A DNA stretch of 64,000 nucleotides from Vicugna vicugna (taxonomy: Eukaryota): NCBI GenBank assembly GCA_013265495.1, contig MU058636.1, forward strand, positions 8,701,425 through 8,765,424, given 5' to 3'. This document shows, in pieces, positions 39,142 to 51,597 of this stretch (its first letter is position 1; every line of letters begins with the position of its first letter). Made by a program: the position numbers and the translations under genes. Below the pieces are notes generated by a model, which saw nothing but the letters and a program-made list of their open reading frames with translations, had not been told where the DNA came from and searched no databases.

Positions 39142-39614
39142 GCTCATTGCTACAGAAAGGTGGCATGCCACCGCTGCAAAGCCAACTTCTGAATTGTTGA
39201 AACCCCTTCACTTTGCAAGCCTCGCTCTAAGACATGCAGCAAACTTTCCCAGCAGATACAGCCGCAGGATGCGTCTGCTCACTAGCACGGGATGGGAGGA
39301 GTAAACGCGCGTGCACTTGCGTGCACACGCTCGTGTGTTTCATGCTGCCTCGTGCCCTCCGCGGCTATAAAGAGCATCTCTCTAATTTCAGGTGGTGGAA
39401 AGGGGAGAGAACACTTAAGTATTTTAAAGAGAACTTTAAATTCAACTTCAAAGTTATCTTTTTTATTTTTTGATTTGTGTATGAGTCAGGCTTTAAACAA
39501 AGCTCTTTAAATGTGCCACTTAACTATAAATAAACACACCAACATATTGCATACCTGATCATTTTAATGCTGAAAACCCGCAATTTAAAGTTTGAAGGAT
39601 GGTGACATGTCTGT

Positions 39615-39737
39615 ATTTTTTAAATTAAAAAAAAATTTTAGTGGGGGGGCAATTAAGCTATTTTTATTTATTTGTTTATTCATTTAATGGAGGTACTGGG
39701 GATTGAATCCAGGACTACTGAGCTATACCTTCCCCCC
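39615..39737 (-). mobile_element. Vic-1-like SINE with internal deletion
   Basis: aatggaggtactggggattgaatccaggac|tactgagctataccttcccccc lacks the central segment present in the other copies. Confidence 0.8.
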
Positions 39738-40249
39738 AGGTCTTAAATAGCCTTTTGTTGCCTGAATTTGAGTTCTTTTCTGGCTCATTAACCTCCAGGA
39801 GAGGAAGGAAGAGGTGTCCAAAAATCTTACTCAAGCTATTCTTGTTTTAAGGATAAAATACAAAGTTTACAACACCATAAATAAAAATGAAAGAACTAGT
39901 TCAAAATGGAGAAGGTATCATCAAACACAAGCCTTAGCACCTAACCACTGCTGCTTCTAGTTAGAACTGGGTGGAAATTTTCTGGGAGACTCCTGTTTAG
40001 ATTGTGGGCCAGAGATTCAAAAGAAGGTTGCCTTTAAAACCCAGTTGAATGAGAACTATTTGGGATTTACTGGGTAGACAATGTTTCCTAGTTATCTGGT
40101 CAACCGTAAGCCTTTAATTCTCACCTTGATCCCCACACCCCACTTCTGTCTCACACACAGGCTCGTACACAACTTTGTTAAATATTAGCAGTGCAGTATA
40201 TTGCAAAGAGTGCTATCATGGAAACTTTTTAATATGTATTTTTTTTTTT

Positions 40250-40400
40250 TACTATTTTATTCACCACTAACTGGGTGTGATATTTTGTGCAAGCAAACCA
40301 GCTCGTTGAGCTTCCTTTTCTTCTTTCAAAATAGAAATATATTATATATTTCTTCATCAGGGTGCTGTGAGGTGATGTCTGATAGTACTGAGTGATTTCA
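40250..40400 (+). mobile_element. MIR SINE
   Basis: caccactaactgggtgtgatattttgtgcaagc...tcttcatcagggtgctgtgagg. Confidence 0.6.
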
Positions 40401-40740
40401 GTATGAACCTTAAGTCAATGTACTTATGCCTTAGAAGAGAAAAAAAAAGGCATCAACTCATAATATCACAATTCAGCTAAATTAGTACATTCTATATTCA
40501 ATAAGAATTCATGTTTTTTGTGTGTGTGTATGTAGAAGCAACAGTGGACAATTTCAGTAACATTCTGTGGAAAACTAGAATTAATTTTCAAAGTCACTTC
40601 CAACTTCCTGAATCAAGGTTCAGTAAAGAAGACTAGGAAGAGTTGATAATGGGAAGAAATTAATTGTGCTTTAATGTGCAGAATGTAGAGGTAGAGAACG
40701 ACTGTAGCTCAAATTATTCCTGCCTTTCCATCCAGTGAAA

Positions 40741-40774
40741 GAATGAGCTGCTTTTCATTGCTCTGGAAGGCAAA
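40741..40774. repeat. Right arm of long-range inverted repeat
   Basis: gaatgagctgcttttcattgctctggaaggcaaa; complementary to 39108-39141. Confidence 0.95.
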
Positions 40775-40789
40775 CACTTTTTCGAATTA

Positions 40790-40880
40790 CATCACCTTGG
40801 AAAATTTTGTTAATACTCTAAATCCCAGTTTCTCTTGTGTAAAATAAGGATGCCAATAGCTGTCCCTCAGGGCTGTGTCA
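40790..40880 (+). mobile_element. MIR core fragment
   Basis: accttggaaaattttgttaatactctaaatcccagtttctcttgtgtaaaataaggatg...ctcagggctgtgt. Confidence 0.6.
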
Positions 40881-42344
40881 GGGCAGGGTTGTCTTTTAAA
40901 ATAATCCTTTAATAATGAAATGATGAAAAAGGTACAAAATCCATGGAAAGAAGCTGCAGTATCTCTTCTCTTCAGTGGAGAGGATGAGCAAGAGGCTAAC
41001 TGCTAATCCAGCGCAACTCTGAGTTCGCCAACCCTTAGTCTTGCGTGAGACCATTACTTGGGGATTGGATTATTCCTTGTGTATGTTCTCCTTTTCATAT
41101 CTGTTTCCAATTAGTTTTCTCATTTATCCTATTTCCACCGAATAACTCTTACTTACTGATAGTTTCCACTTTTACCTTACTTTATAATGTGGCAAAGGTT
41201 TTCCAGTTTTTCTCATATCTGTTGATTTGCTGATTCCAATGAACTGTCTTTCTCTCTTAATATGCCCTACTCCAATTCCCAAGACACAGAAATGTGACTG
41301 TATCTGCTTATATTTTACCCAAATGTGACATTATTGGTGACTTGCTGGGGCTTGGATTGGATGTCAAGCCATAAATCCACACGTGGGCCAGTCAGCAATG
41401 CCTGGTTGTAGGAGGAGGAAGCTGCGCTCTCAGGGTACCACTTGCTCTTTCTGGCTGCCACCTGAGTGGGGGATTGTGGGCAGAGCCAAGTTTTCTTGGA
41501 ATTAGCTTACAGGTATCTTGAGTAAATGTCAAGTGAGATCATTATTAAATTTTAAGTCCAGCCATACTAGGCATCCAATAAATGTACTTATTATCATTCC
41601 TATTACTATAATGATTAGAATTGTTAGTTGATGAATATTTTAGTCAAAAACCGTTGTGGAAAAATATTAAGAAAATACGTTTTTTTTTAAAAGGTGGTAG
41701 ATATTTTTATAGCCAAGTATGAATTTGAGAATAAATTTTATCTCCTAGTGTATTTTATATTCACTGCAAGTTAGGAAAAAGAAAACTTGCCAACTGCCTA
41801 TCCATGTATTTCTTTACTTATCCATAAGAAGTTGTAGTTACAACCTTGACACACAATTTGTAGGTGTTATTAGTTTCTGGGAAGTCAAAGATGTAGCACC
41901 TTCTAGGTTAGTTTGGAAATAGAAAAGGAAAAGGACTTTCTCTTACTCTTCTTCTAGCAGAAAATCAATTTGTAATTATAGAATAAATATGCAAAGGATA
42001 ATTCACAGACAGAAGCAAATGTAGAATGCTCATCCCCTTACTTACATACTTACGGTATGTAAGTCAGGCAGATCAAAGTTGAATTGCATCCTTGAGACTG
42101 CGGTAGAGCTGTCTATACTTGGGAAATGTTGCTTTTATAACTGTAACGCCCTGTGCTTTCTTCCCTCTGCTCCTCAGAATGGCTGACAGCCTGCCCTGCT
42201 CCTGTGGACTGTTTGCAGCTGCCTCCTCCCCACACTATTCCACCCACCAATCAGCCCAGCAGACACGAGGCACGTAATACTACAAAATCTACAAACTTGC
42301 ATGCCTAGACTCTTTCTTGATTTCTCTGAAGTTTACCGAAGGAA

Positions 42345-42530
42345 GCTTGTGTTCTGGAGCCTGGAAGACCTCTCCGTCCCTCTTATTTAGGTATGTGACA
42401 TTAGGAAAGCCATATAACCTACGTTAGCTTCAGATTTCTTTTTTATCTACAAAATAATACTATCTGCTTTTTGGAACTTCTATAAAAGCCGAAGTAATGA
42501 AACATAAAGTTCCTAGCCTTTGGTAGGTTT
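42345..42530 (+). mobile_element. MIR SINE
   Basis: tatgtgacattaggaaagccatataacctacgttagcttcagatttctt...atctacaaaata. Confidence 0.55.
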
Positions 42531-43559
42531 CTTTCCTACTTGCTAAGTGTTAAGGAAGGGAATGCAAAGTTCTATCAGAATACAAAAATGCAATCTGCAT
42601 CTCTTCCAGGCACTGCTCCCTAATTTTGACAGTTATGACGATAAAACAAAAGAAATTCTATATCCACCCAACATATTTCAACGTTAAGTGTTTCTACCAC
42701 ATTCGGCTGAAATATCACAGAAAAAATATTGTCAAAGTAAAATACATAGTTTTAAAAGAAAGGTTTTCTATCAAACTAAGTTCCAGAGACTTATCACCCA
42801 CTACCTGGGGCTAAATAACAAGTTTTATCTAGTTTCCCAGACAACAGCAAACCATTATTATTTATCTTCCCCATGTGGAAAATAAGCTCCACGTGGACAG
42901 AGCCCAATTTTGCCCTTGGATGCATCTCCAGGATCTAGAACCAGGTCTGACACACAGGTAACAATTTGTTGAATAAATGTGTGAAAGCTCCAAAAGGTAC
43001 TTATAGTAATTTAGTGAGAAATTACATAGCCTAATAATGGAAGAAAAGTTTAAAAATACCATGGAAGTCTAACAATGGCAACCAGTAGACACTGGACCAT
43101 GTCATGCAGAGGCAAAAAGGGGGTTTTGTGTCTAACCAGCTCGTATCAGCACAGAACAGAATGACTGAAGTTCATGTCGAGGAACCTTAATTATTCAAAA
43201 TGTTGGAATATGTTAAGTACCTTTACTGTTTAGAAATCAGAGAAATAAACATTTCATAAAGAATTTGATAAAAGCTACTTTAAAAAATCCAAGTTTGATG
43301 TTTTAGAAAGAAATCTTCAGGCAACACTCCATGCCTTGTTAAGTGTACAAAGTTTGTTACAGAATTTCACATTATATGTCTGTGGACATGCATGTGTGCA
43401 CGTGTGTGTATGTGTATAACATTATATTTCTAAATGGAAATCAAATGTGGTTTCAACAGACGTTTACCTGAAGATAAGAAGCTTTCTAATAATTCTGATA
43501 TACCCCTTACTGATGTTATTTACAATTTAAAATAAATTCTGACATTAAAAAATTGGAGA

Positions 43560-43980
43560 ATTGGAGATTTACTCACACATATTTCAAGTATTACATGGGC
43601 AAATAAATTAATGACAGCATTGTGTGTTATAGCAAAAAGCAGAAACAAACTAAAGGTCCAGCATTAAGGAACAGAAGAGCTGAAGTCTGATACGTCCGCA
43701 CAAAGAAATACTGAAGCTTCAAATCAAAAAGGCGGCTCCGAACGTATTGTTACTGACAGTTCTCCTGGTTACAGTGTTAAAGAAAATTGCAAAGTACTAA
43801 AAGTATGTGTAGCGTGCAATAATTCGCATGAAAATTAAATCCAGTATACCTGTAATATGTCGTATATGCTAACGTATATACGTTTCATTCTGCATGGACT
43901 TATCTTTGGAAAACGAATTAAGAAACCAGTGACTCTGGCTGTCTGTGGGGACTGAGGCAGGTTTAATTTTCATTCTAAAC
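43560..43980 (+). mobile_element. Old L1ME 3'UTR fragment
   Basis: acagcattgtgtgttatagcaaaaagcagaaacaaactaaaggtcca...tatctttggaaaacgaattaagaaaccagtgac. Confidence 0.6.
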
Positions 43981-46977
43981 CCTCTGATAACTTTTCTCTG
44001 TGTACCTTGTTCACGTATGCTCCTGATGTCCCGTATTTCCCAGCCCACATCTGGGTTCACGTGCAGCTTCAGGGACCAGTTCGGGAGCAGGCTGACAGCT
44101 TCCCATCTCCGGCACCCGCATCTCTCTGCCCTGTGCCTGACTCTTGCTCCAGCACAGGGGTTCACTGGGGTGATGCCAAGAACACCCAGACGTGGTAGCC
44201 CAGCGCCAATAATGTGACTGGTTCTTTTTCAAAAATTGTAAAAAAAGATTTACATTTGACATTTAAAAATATAATTGGAATTTAAAACATAGGAATATTT
44301 TTAAAGTATAAGGGTATTAAAGTATATTTGAATTTACTAGTATATGAAACCGTTTCAAGATTATATATTCAGTTTAAAAAAAACAGTAAGTAGACACTTA
44401 TTTCCTTGAAAAATAAAAATAAAATATAACAGGGAGTACCATTTTAGACACCATAATGTGTCATTATTAAAGGTCTACAAAAGTCGTATGTCATTTTTAT
44501 TCTGGGTAAGTGAGAGTCACTGAAGAGTTCCTAAGTTTTACAAAATATTTGTATTCCATACAAAATATATCTACATTTCAACTTTAAAAAATGGATTTAA
44601 GTGAAGCCATGAATATGGTTGCAGTTAAATAACAATATTCTGAAGTTTATAATGGAATACTTTCTATGCCAAGTTATTTACTTGTTTCCTTGACTAAGAC
44701 TGAATTATTAAGAAAAATCTGGCAGGTAAGAAATATCTTATTCCTAACATGGCCACAAAAATGAGTGCTAAATATGACTAGTAATGTAGTTTATTTTAAT
44801 TATTTTAAAATCAACATATATATTATAGATATATTTTAATTATATAGAAATAATTTAGCACTCATCAGTATATCCACCCTTTAAACAGACATTAATATTT
44901 TGTCATATTAACATCAAAATTATGTTTGCATTTTGGAAAGAGCAGAAATTACAAATTTGGATAAAGATCTACCCCTCCATTCTTTCTACCTTAAAATTAG
45001 TGTACTACTTTTTTTGGTTTGATTTCATATTTTACTATGAAAGAATTATATCTGTAATTTGTGCTTTTTCACATTTATACAAATATTATTTTACTGTGAT
45101 ATGCTTTTCCCCTGAATATTATGCGGTTGAAATTTATCTATGATAATTAATGTAGATAGACTTCATTAATTTTAGCTGATCTACAGTTTTCCATTGTATG
45201 AATAAAGGAGTCCAACGTATAATTAAAGTTAGCCTAAATTTTTGATGTTTTGGTTAAACCGCTGTTTCACTTTTGGGTCATATTTACTTGGCGAAACTAG
45301 TGCCACATCCTAGGTCTCCTTTCTTCCCTGGAGTTTATACTGTTTTCTGCAAATGACATTTCCCATTTCTAATCCACAGGATATAAAATGTATCCAGATG
45401 GCACTGAAAAAGTAATAGTAGAGATGGCCATATATATAATACTCACTATAACCACGAAAGCATACTGAGTTTGTTTTTATTTTGATACTGTTCATTCCCG
45501 TGTCATTCTTTGTATATTTTGGAGAGGCATTTTCCCAGGATAAACAGAAAAAAATGGTCTCATCAGCAGCTAAAAGATAGATCTGACTTTTTGTCTTGCT
45601 CTCACGTGCCTTGCATTCGGCTTGCCTTCATTGGTACAATCTCCCCCTGGCAAATAGCCACCCTCTGATGCTCATTCATCATTAAGCAGGAATCTCTGAG
45701 CAAAGCACATTGTGAAAAATTTTTTAGAACTTGACTAATCAGAATACCTTCTGCAAAAGTCAGTCCCGAATTGACTTTATCCTGAACCAACTGGCAGTTC
45801 TCACACTACGATCCAGTGTCTGTGATGTGAGGCCCCGCTCCTCCCCTTCTCTCCTTGTTTTCACAGGCGTCCTTATAAAATCCACTTTGTTTCCAGTACA
45901 TCTCTCTGTGAGCATAAGGACTTAAACTACCATGATAAATATATAAAGGACACCAAGATGTGCCAGACAGAATTTTTTCCAACAGCATTCTGCAGAGAAG
46001 AAAATACGAGTGAGAAGAAGTGATGGAGCAAAATGTGGATGTGACCTAAGAGATGTCAGCCATGTTCTATGGTGGGAAAAAACAGGGGAAAAAAAAAGAT
46101 TATTTCTAACAGAGTAAAAGAGGCAAGGGGGAAGGCATTCAAACTGAATCTTGAAGTGTATGTAGGATTTCAATAGGCACAGAGGAGCTAAAAGCATATT
46201 CAATGCAGAAGAAGTTTTGCAGAGCTGATGGGTTGGAAATACAATGACTTTCAAGGGTGAATTTGGCTAATATGAATTTTGTCATACATTTTTGTCAGTT
46301 TTGACATTTTCACTGTAAGATTAGCATGTGGATGTTAAGGGTAAATTAGGTAGATATAGTGACAATTACAGAAATATTACTTTCATGAGTTGCTAAGTTT
46401 GAAGAGCAATTTTAAAATCTTTGCCTAAGAATAACTGTGTTTGTAATGTAGATATTTTTCAACCTGACTTTCCAAAATACTTAACCTTGGAGAACAAAAT
46501 TGTAATTCATAGAAGTTTTTTTATGAGCACAGAAATTTGGTGAAACAAGATCTTGTATATTATAGCAGAAATATTGCTCTGTTTATTCAATGAATACAAT
46601 ATACCTTGTTACGACAATGTAATTCATTTCCATATAATAGCTTTAGGAAGTAATTCTAAATTGCAGTGTAAGAGAGGAGCACAGGAAGGTACCATTAATC
46701 TTCTTCATGGAATAAATTCCGGAATATACCCAAAATACACTAACCCAAAAGGGATTATGAGCTTTAAAAATATAACATGATGTTTAAGTTCATTCTCTTA
46801 TAAAATCATCCTCTCCAGATCCATAGTAACATGCTAACGTATTATAAAAATATACGGCAGAAGCTTTCCCTTTAAATTTGCTTAAGAATGACAACTAAAT
46901 CTGATGATTTAAGATTAAGTCCAGGAGAGAAGAAGAGAGAGAGAATGGGATTGGCCCTTGAAAAGCATGGCGAGGCA

Positions 46978-47531
46978 CATTGGAGGAAAATTCTCCATCA
47001 GTTTCTCTTACATTTCTGCACATCTGGTGAGCAGGGCAAGTAGCTACTCTGTTTCCCATTTCAAGATTATTTGTATAGCAAATAATCCTGGAAGAAAGAA
47101 ATGATACCTTGCTTCAGAACAAAGGGCAGGTTTGTTTACAGCCTTATAGTTAGAAATAGTTTCCCCCTCTGGAGCAAAGAGCGGGTATACTTACTGCCCA
47201 ATATAATAAAGGTAATAACTCCTTTTGGAGGAAAGGTCGGGTCTTTTTCGGTGCTCATTAAAAAATATTTAGGGTCGCAATTCCTCTCCTGTAATATAAC
47301 CCACTGTATATGCAGGTGTTCACTCTGTGCTGCCTTGTGAGAACTGGGCTGGGCAAACTCGTACAAGGAAACTCTATGAATACTCTGGCCACTGCTACTG
47401 CTGTGAGCAGTAAAGTGCTTTGTCTCTAAACAAGTTTTGTTTTATTTTGCCAGCACCGATGTAACGGTGGCAGGCTAATTTGTTAGTTTGCAAGGACATT
47501 AAAAATCTCAGTCACTTTATAGTTCTCGACA
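46978..47531 (+). mobile_element. Old eutherian ERV-type solo LTR (family uncertain)
   Basis: aattctccatcagtttctcttacatttctgcacatct start, repeated ctggagcaaag(g/a)gc units, gtggcaggctaatttgttag...tagttctcgaca end. Confidence 0.7.
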
Positions 47532-48217
47532 AGATGAATTTTCCCATCTTGTGTTGAGGGTATTATTATTGTAATTATATTATTATTATTACACTATATT
47601 TCTCACAACAGTTTTCTTAGCATATCAGCAGTCCTCAAATTGCAGAAATATGCTCTTCGATTTCTTTTTCATCCAGGGTATCAGAGAGAGTATCCAGAGC
47701 TACAATGATCCAGATTCAGGAATACTGGAGACTAGTAAAATTCAATATATACAATATTCTTAATCTAAGGAAAACCTGCTATTTTCTTTTCACTTGACCA
47801 GTGATCCTTTTATGATGTTGTAGCAACTGAGCATTTTATTCTGGAAACAATTCTATTAGTGGAATTGACAGCCCTGTGAAGAAACTGATCGCCTGATAAG
47901 CTGAGGTTGGCATAATATTTATTAGGTTCTTAAAGGCACTGCAAAACAAAGAGAAGCAGAGTTCTTGCTAAGAATCTGCTGATAAATAGCATATGTTTAG
48001 AATTTGTTAAGCTTTTCCTGAATTAAAAAAATTCGTCTTAATAGAGCCCATTAATTTCTATCTTATCTATTATCAACCATGAAAACATATTTCACAGAGA
48101 TAAACAGATTAGAAATTCTTCATTCCTATACACTTAAAAAAATTCGAGGCACTTACAATTTTTCATGTTAGGATTTTAAACATAGATATCTAACTTCAGT
48201 CTCCACTGTAAAATTGC

Positions 48218-48342
48218 TTTTTTTTTTTTTTTGGTAGGGTAGGTAATTAGGTTTATTTATTTATTTACTTTTTAATGGAGATACTGGGAATTGAACCCAG
48301 GATGCTAAGCATGCACTCTACCCCAGAGCTAAACTGTCTCCG
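48218..48342 (-). mobile_element. Vic-1-like SINE
   Basis: poly-T, ggtaattaggtttatttattt...aatggagatactgggaattgaacccagg; exact 15-bp TSD ctccactgtaaaatt at 48201-48215 and 48343-48357. Confidence 0.9.
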
Positions 48343-48659
48343 CTCCACTGTAAAATTACAGTAAAGAAAATGCTTTTAAAGATAAAGCTTAAAAGAAGGG
48401 GGATAAGAGAAGAGCAGACAACAGTAATAAAATTCTGGTAACAGGAGCGGAGGCTGATGTATTCATGCCCTCTAGCCTAAGCTAGAATGAAAACCACACC
48501 AAATTGGTCAGGGAATCCTCAAAGTCTTAGGAAACAACAGTTTCAGAATCATCCAACACTGGAGGTAAATTTGGGCCTAAAATTAATATAAATATTTAAA
48601 AAATGACTGACAGGAGTGAGCTCTCTAGTTGCCAGTATCCTGTACACAATTATGCAGGC

Positions 48660-48692
48660 TGCTCTTCCCCAGCTCGACCACCAGGTGGAGTG
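48660..48692 (+). promoter_or_regulatory. CTCF-like motif
   Basis: core CCACCAGGTGGAG at 48678-48690, preceded by tgctcttccc resembling the upstream module. Confidence 0.4.
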
Positions 48693-51185
48693 ATGAGCAG
48701 GACCCTGCACTAAATTCTGGGGCTCCTAGTCCTCTGCCTCCAGGCAGCTCCCAGGAAGCCAACAGACTCTTATCCTTCCAGGCATCAATACCCACAGAAG
48801 AGTCAGAGGAAATATCACATCAATGAAACTAAAAAAGAACTTTATTTAAAAAAAAATAAGAAAATAAGTTTTTGGAAGCCCTCACATTTACCAAAGAAAA
48901 TCTATTGGAGACAAAAGTTAATCTATTTAAAATTTGTGTTTTCTTCCATTATTTTTTGTAATGTGCATGAATTTACATGATTTTTGCTTGTTTGTTTTCA
49001 GATACTAAGTAATTATATAAGAAGAACAGAAGAAGATGGTGAACATCTAAGGGAGGGAGAGATTATTAAGTCTAACCAGGCCCAAAGGAATTCAATAGTT
49101 ACACTTTCTTCTAAATAATGTTTACTTATTTTTTTCAAAAACTAAGTTTGCATCATATATTTTAGAACATTTTCTATCTTAAAAAGGGGTAATTTTTTCC
49201 CAGTCATCCTTTACAATTCTTTGAATGTATGGAATCAATTATTGCAAAAGGCACACTGTCACAGTTTGGTAGGTAGATATAAACTTAATTATTCTGACCT
49301 CAGCATAAGCACGTAATCAGCTAATTAGGAAGAGCAACAGTTCATTAAGCAATGCAAAACCCCATGCCTTTCTGCTGTATTACAAACCTGTTTTGTTTTA
49401 CAAAAAGTTGATTCAAATGCCATTCCAACCTGTTTTAAAATGGTTAGTAACACTATCGTCATTTTAATTTAAATCCAGAAGAAAATGGATTTATCACTGA
49501 TCATTTAACAAGTTAAGATCATGAGCTCTTTGTGAAGAGTTTCTTTATTAGTACAATTAATTGTCTTGCAGGAGATATTTGATCATAGAAAATATACTTT
49601 TTGTGCTAATTGTTTCGCTGAGGTTGGGGAAAAAAGGAAATGATCAAGAATTAGGCCTTGAAGGGAGGAAGAAAATTCTATTTTGTGTAAGTATGAGGAA
49701 TTGAAACCAGCAAGAATTTGGAATAGTTCCCTAGAAGAAAGAGTTATTTCTTTAAGCCATTTGCAAAGGAATGCAAGATTGGGTAAAATGATGCTTAACT
49801 GATGACGTAAATAGGGAGAGGATGAATTGAATGGCTAGGGCCAGTGTAAGAGGACTGCATCAGTTTGGGTTTGATCAGGAGAAGAAATTACCGTAGACAA
49901 TATAAAAACAGGAAATTAGCAGACTACATTTTCATTGAAAGGAATAAGGGAGGAATTACCAGGAAAAGCCTCTGCTGGCTTTAAGAAGGCAAGAGAGAAG
50001 AGAAGACAAATGTCAATCATCTCAGCTGCAGATCAAAGAATCATGCTTGGAAGCTACCAGCAAATCCTCACCTCACCACAGCCCAGGTACACGACTGTAA
50101 GGGTTTTTTGTTTGTTTTTTTTGTTTGGTTTTTTTTTTTTTTTTTTTCTGCCTTATTCCAAAATTCGTAGAACTCCCACTGATGGAATCTAAATGGGACA
50201 CTATGGGCAAGACATAGATAGTAAATCAGCTATGATTCGACACAATGATAAATTAAAGTGTCTAGGTTGAGACTAGTAACCCATCAATTACCAAAAATAG
50301 CAAATTCCTACCTCAGGGACTGGATAGGACACATAACAAACTATCATAATTGCTAAATTCAGAACTTAGTTCATTTGAGAGCTTGAGTAATAGTTTATCT
50401 CAGTCATGAAAGTCAGATTGAGAACTACAAAATGTGATTAATTAAGATATATCTCCAGATGTTCAAGTGCTTTTTAGACTATAGACACTAATAACCTTAA
50501 TCAAGACGAAAATGCTGGTATGTGACATACACGACTTCCCTTTGTCTTTATAACAGACAGAGGAGCAAGACTCTAACTTATGAATTTACCAGTTATTATA
50601 GACAGTCAATAGTCTCATTTACTGACTTCATGTTTTAATGACTGGGTGACAGCCATGTAATACTATATTATCAAATAGTCTTGGGGACACTATTTCTTGT
50701 CATTTTGAAGGTGGCCTCGTAGTTCAACTAAATCAGAAACACTGTGAATGTTGTTTACTTACTATTTTATCCAAACTTTATTGTCTTCTTGCCATTGACC
50801 GAATCAGTAACAATTTAACTGGCTTCTTGCCCTAATCCTCCAATTTTCTTCACCCTTTTCAATCTCTTCTGTTGTTGGTATCACTCCTTGGACATCTACA
50901 CTATTTATTTTCAGAGCAAAAAAAAAAAAAAATCTCCTGGGAATCTGCTTCACCCATGTGACAGGGATAAGCTGTCAGAACCCGCAGCTCTACTCCCGGG
51001 GAAAGTACACAAATGCCCAAAGGTTCCAAGGACTTACGTTTGCACAGTCGTTTCTGCCCACAGGTTCCAGCAAAGTGTGATTGCTCAGAGGAGCGATGCT
51101 CTGCAACACCTCAAATCTATTGAAAAATGTTATTTTAAAAATGGGAAGAGACAGAATAAAAGCAAAGGGAAATCAAGGAACAGAT

Positions 51186-51402
51186 TTTTTTTTTTAAATT
51201 GAGGTATAGTTGACTTACAGTGTTACATTAGTTTCAGGTGTAAAGCAAAGTCATGCAATATTTTTATAGATTAAACTCCACACAGTTACTACAAAATATA
51301 ACTCTACTCCCAGTGCTGAACATTACCTCCTTGTAACTTATTTATTTTTACCTTCTAGTTTGTACCTCTTAATCCCCTTCGCCTGTTTTACCAATTCCCC
51401 AC
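51186..51402 (-). mobile_element. L1 3'UTR (cetartiodactyl/L1MA9-like)
   Basis: ttttaaattgaggtatagttgacttacagtgttacattagtttcaggtgta...tagtttgtacctcttaatcccc. Confidence 0.8.
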
Positions 51403-51434
51403 AGAATGTACTGAAAAACAAAAATTACCTATCA

Positions 51435-51597
51435 CGGCGGGGAGGGACAATACAGGGGTGGTGGAGCGGGAGGTACAACTTATGGGCTGTAAGATAGGCC
51501 ACAAAGATGTGGGGGATGTGGCCGATATTTTGTAATAACTGTAAATGGAGTATAACCTTTTAAAATGATATAAAATTTTAAAAATATCAAAAAACAA
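51435..51597 (+). mobile_element. L1 3'UTR (cetartiodactyl type)
   Basis: gagggacaatacaggggt...gaggtacaact...gtaagatagg...tattttgtaataactgtaaatggagtataacc; same family as 715-815. Confidence 0.8.

Noticed and set aside
39108..40774. DNA transposon with 34-bp terminal inverted repeats
   Set aside because: No TSD, no CAG/TA-type termini I recognise and no transposase remnant, and complementarity tapers through G-U-type pairs. Not fully excluded without a database search.
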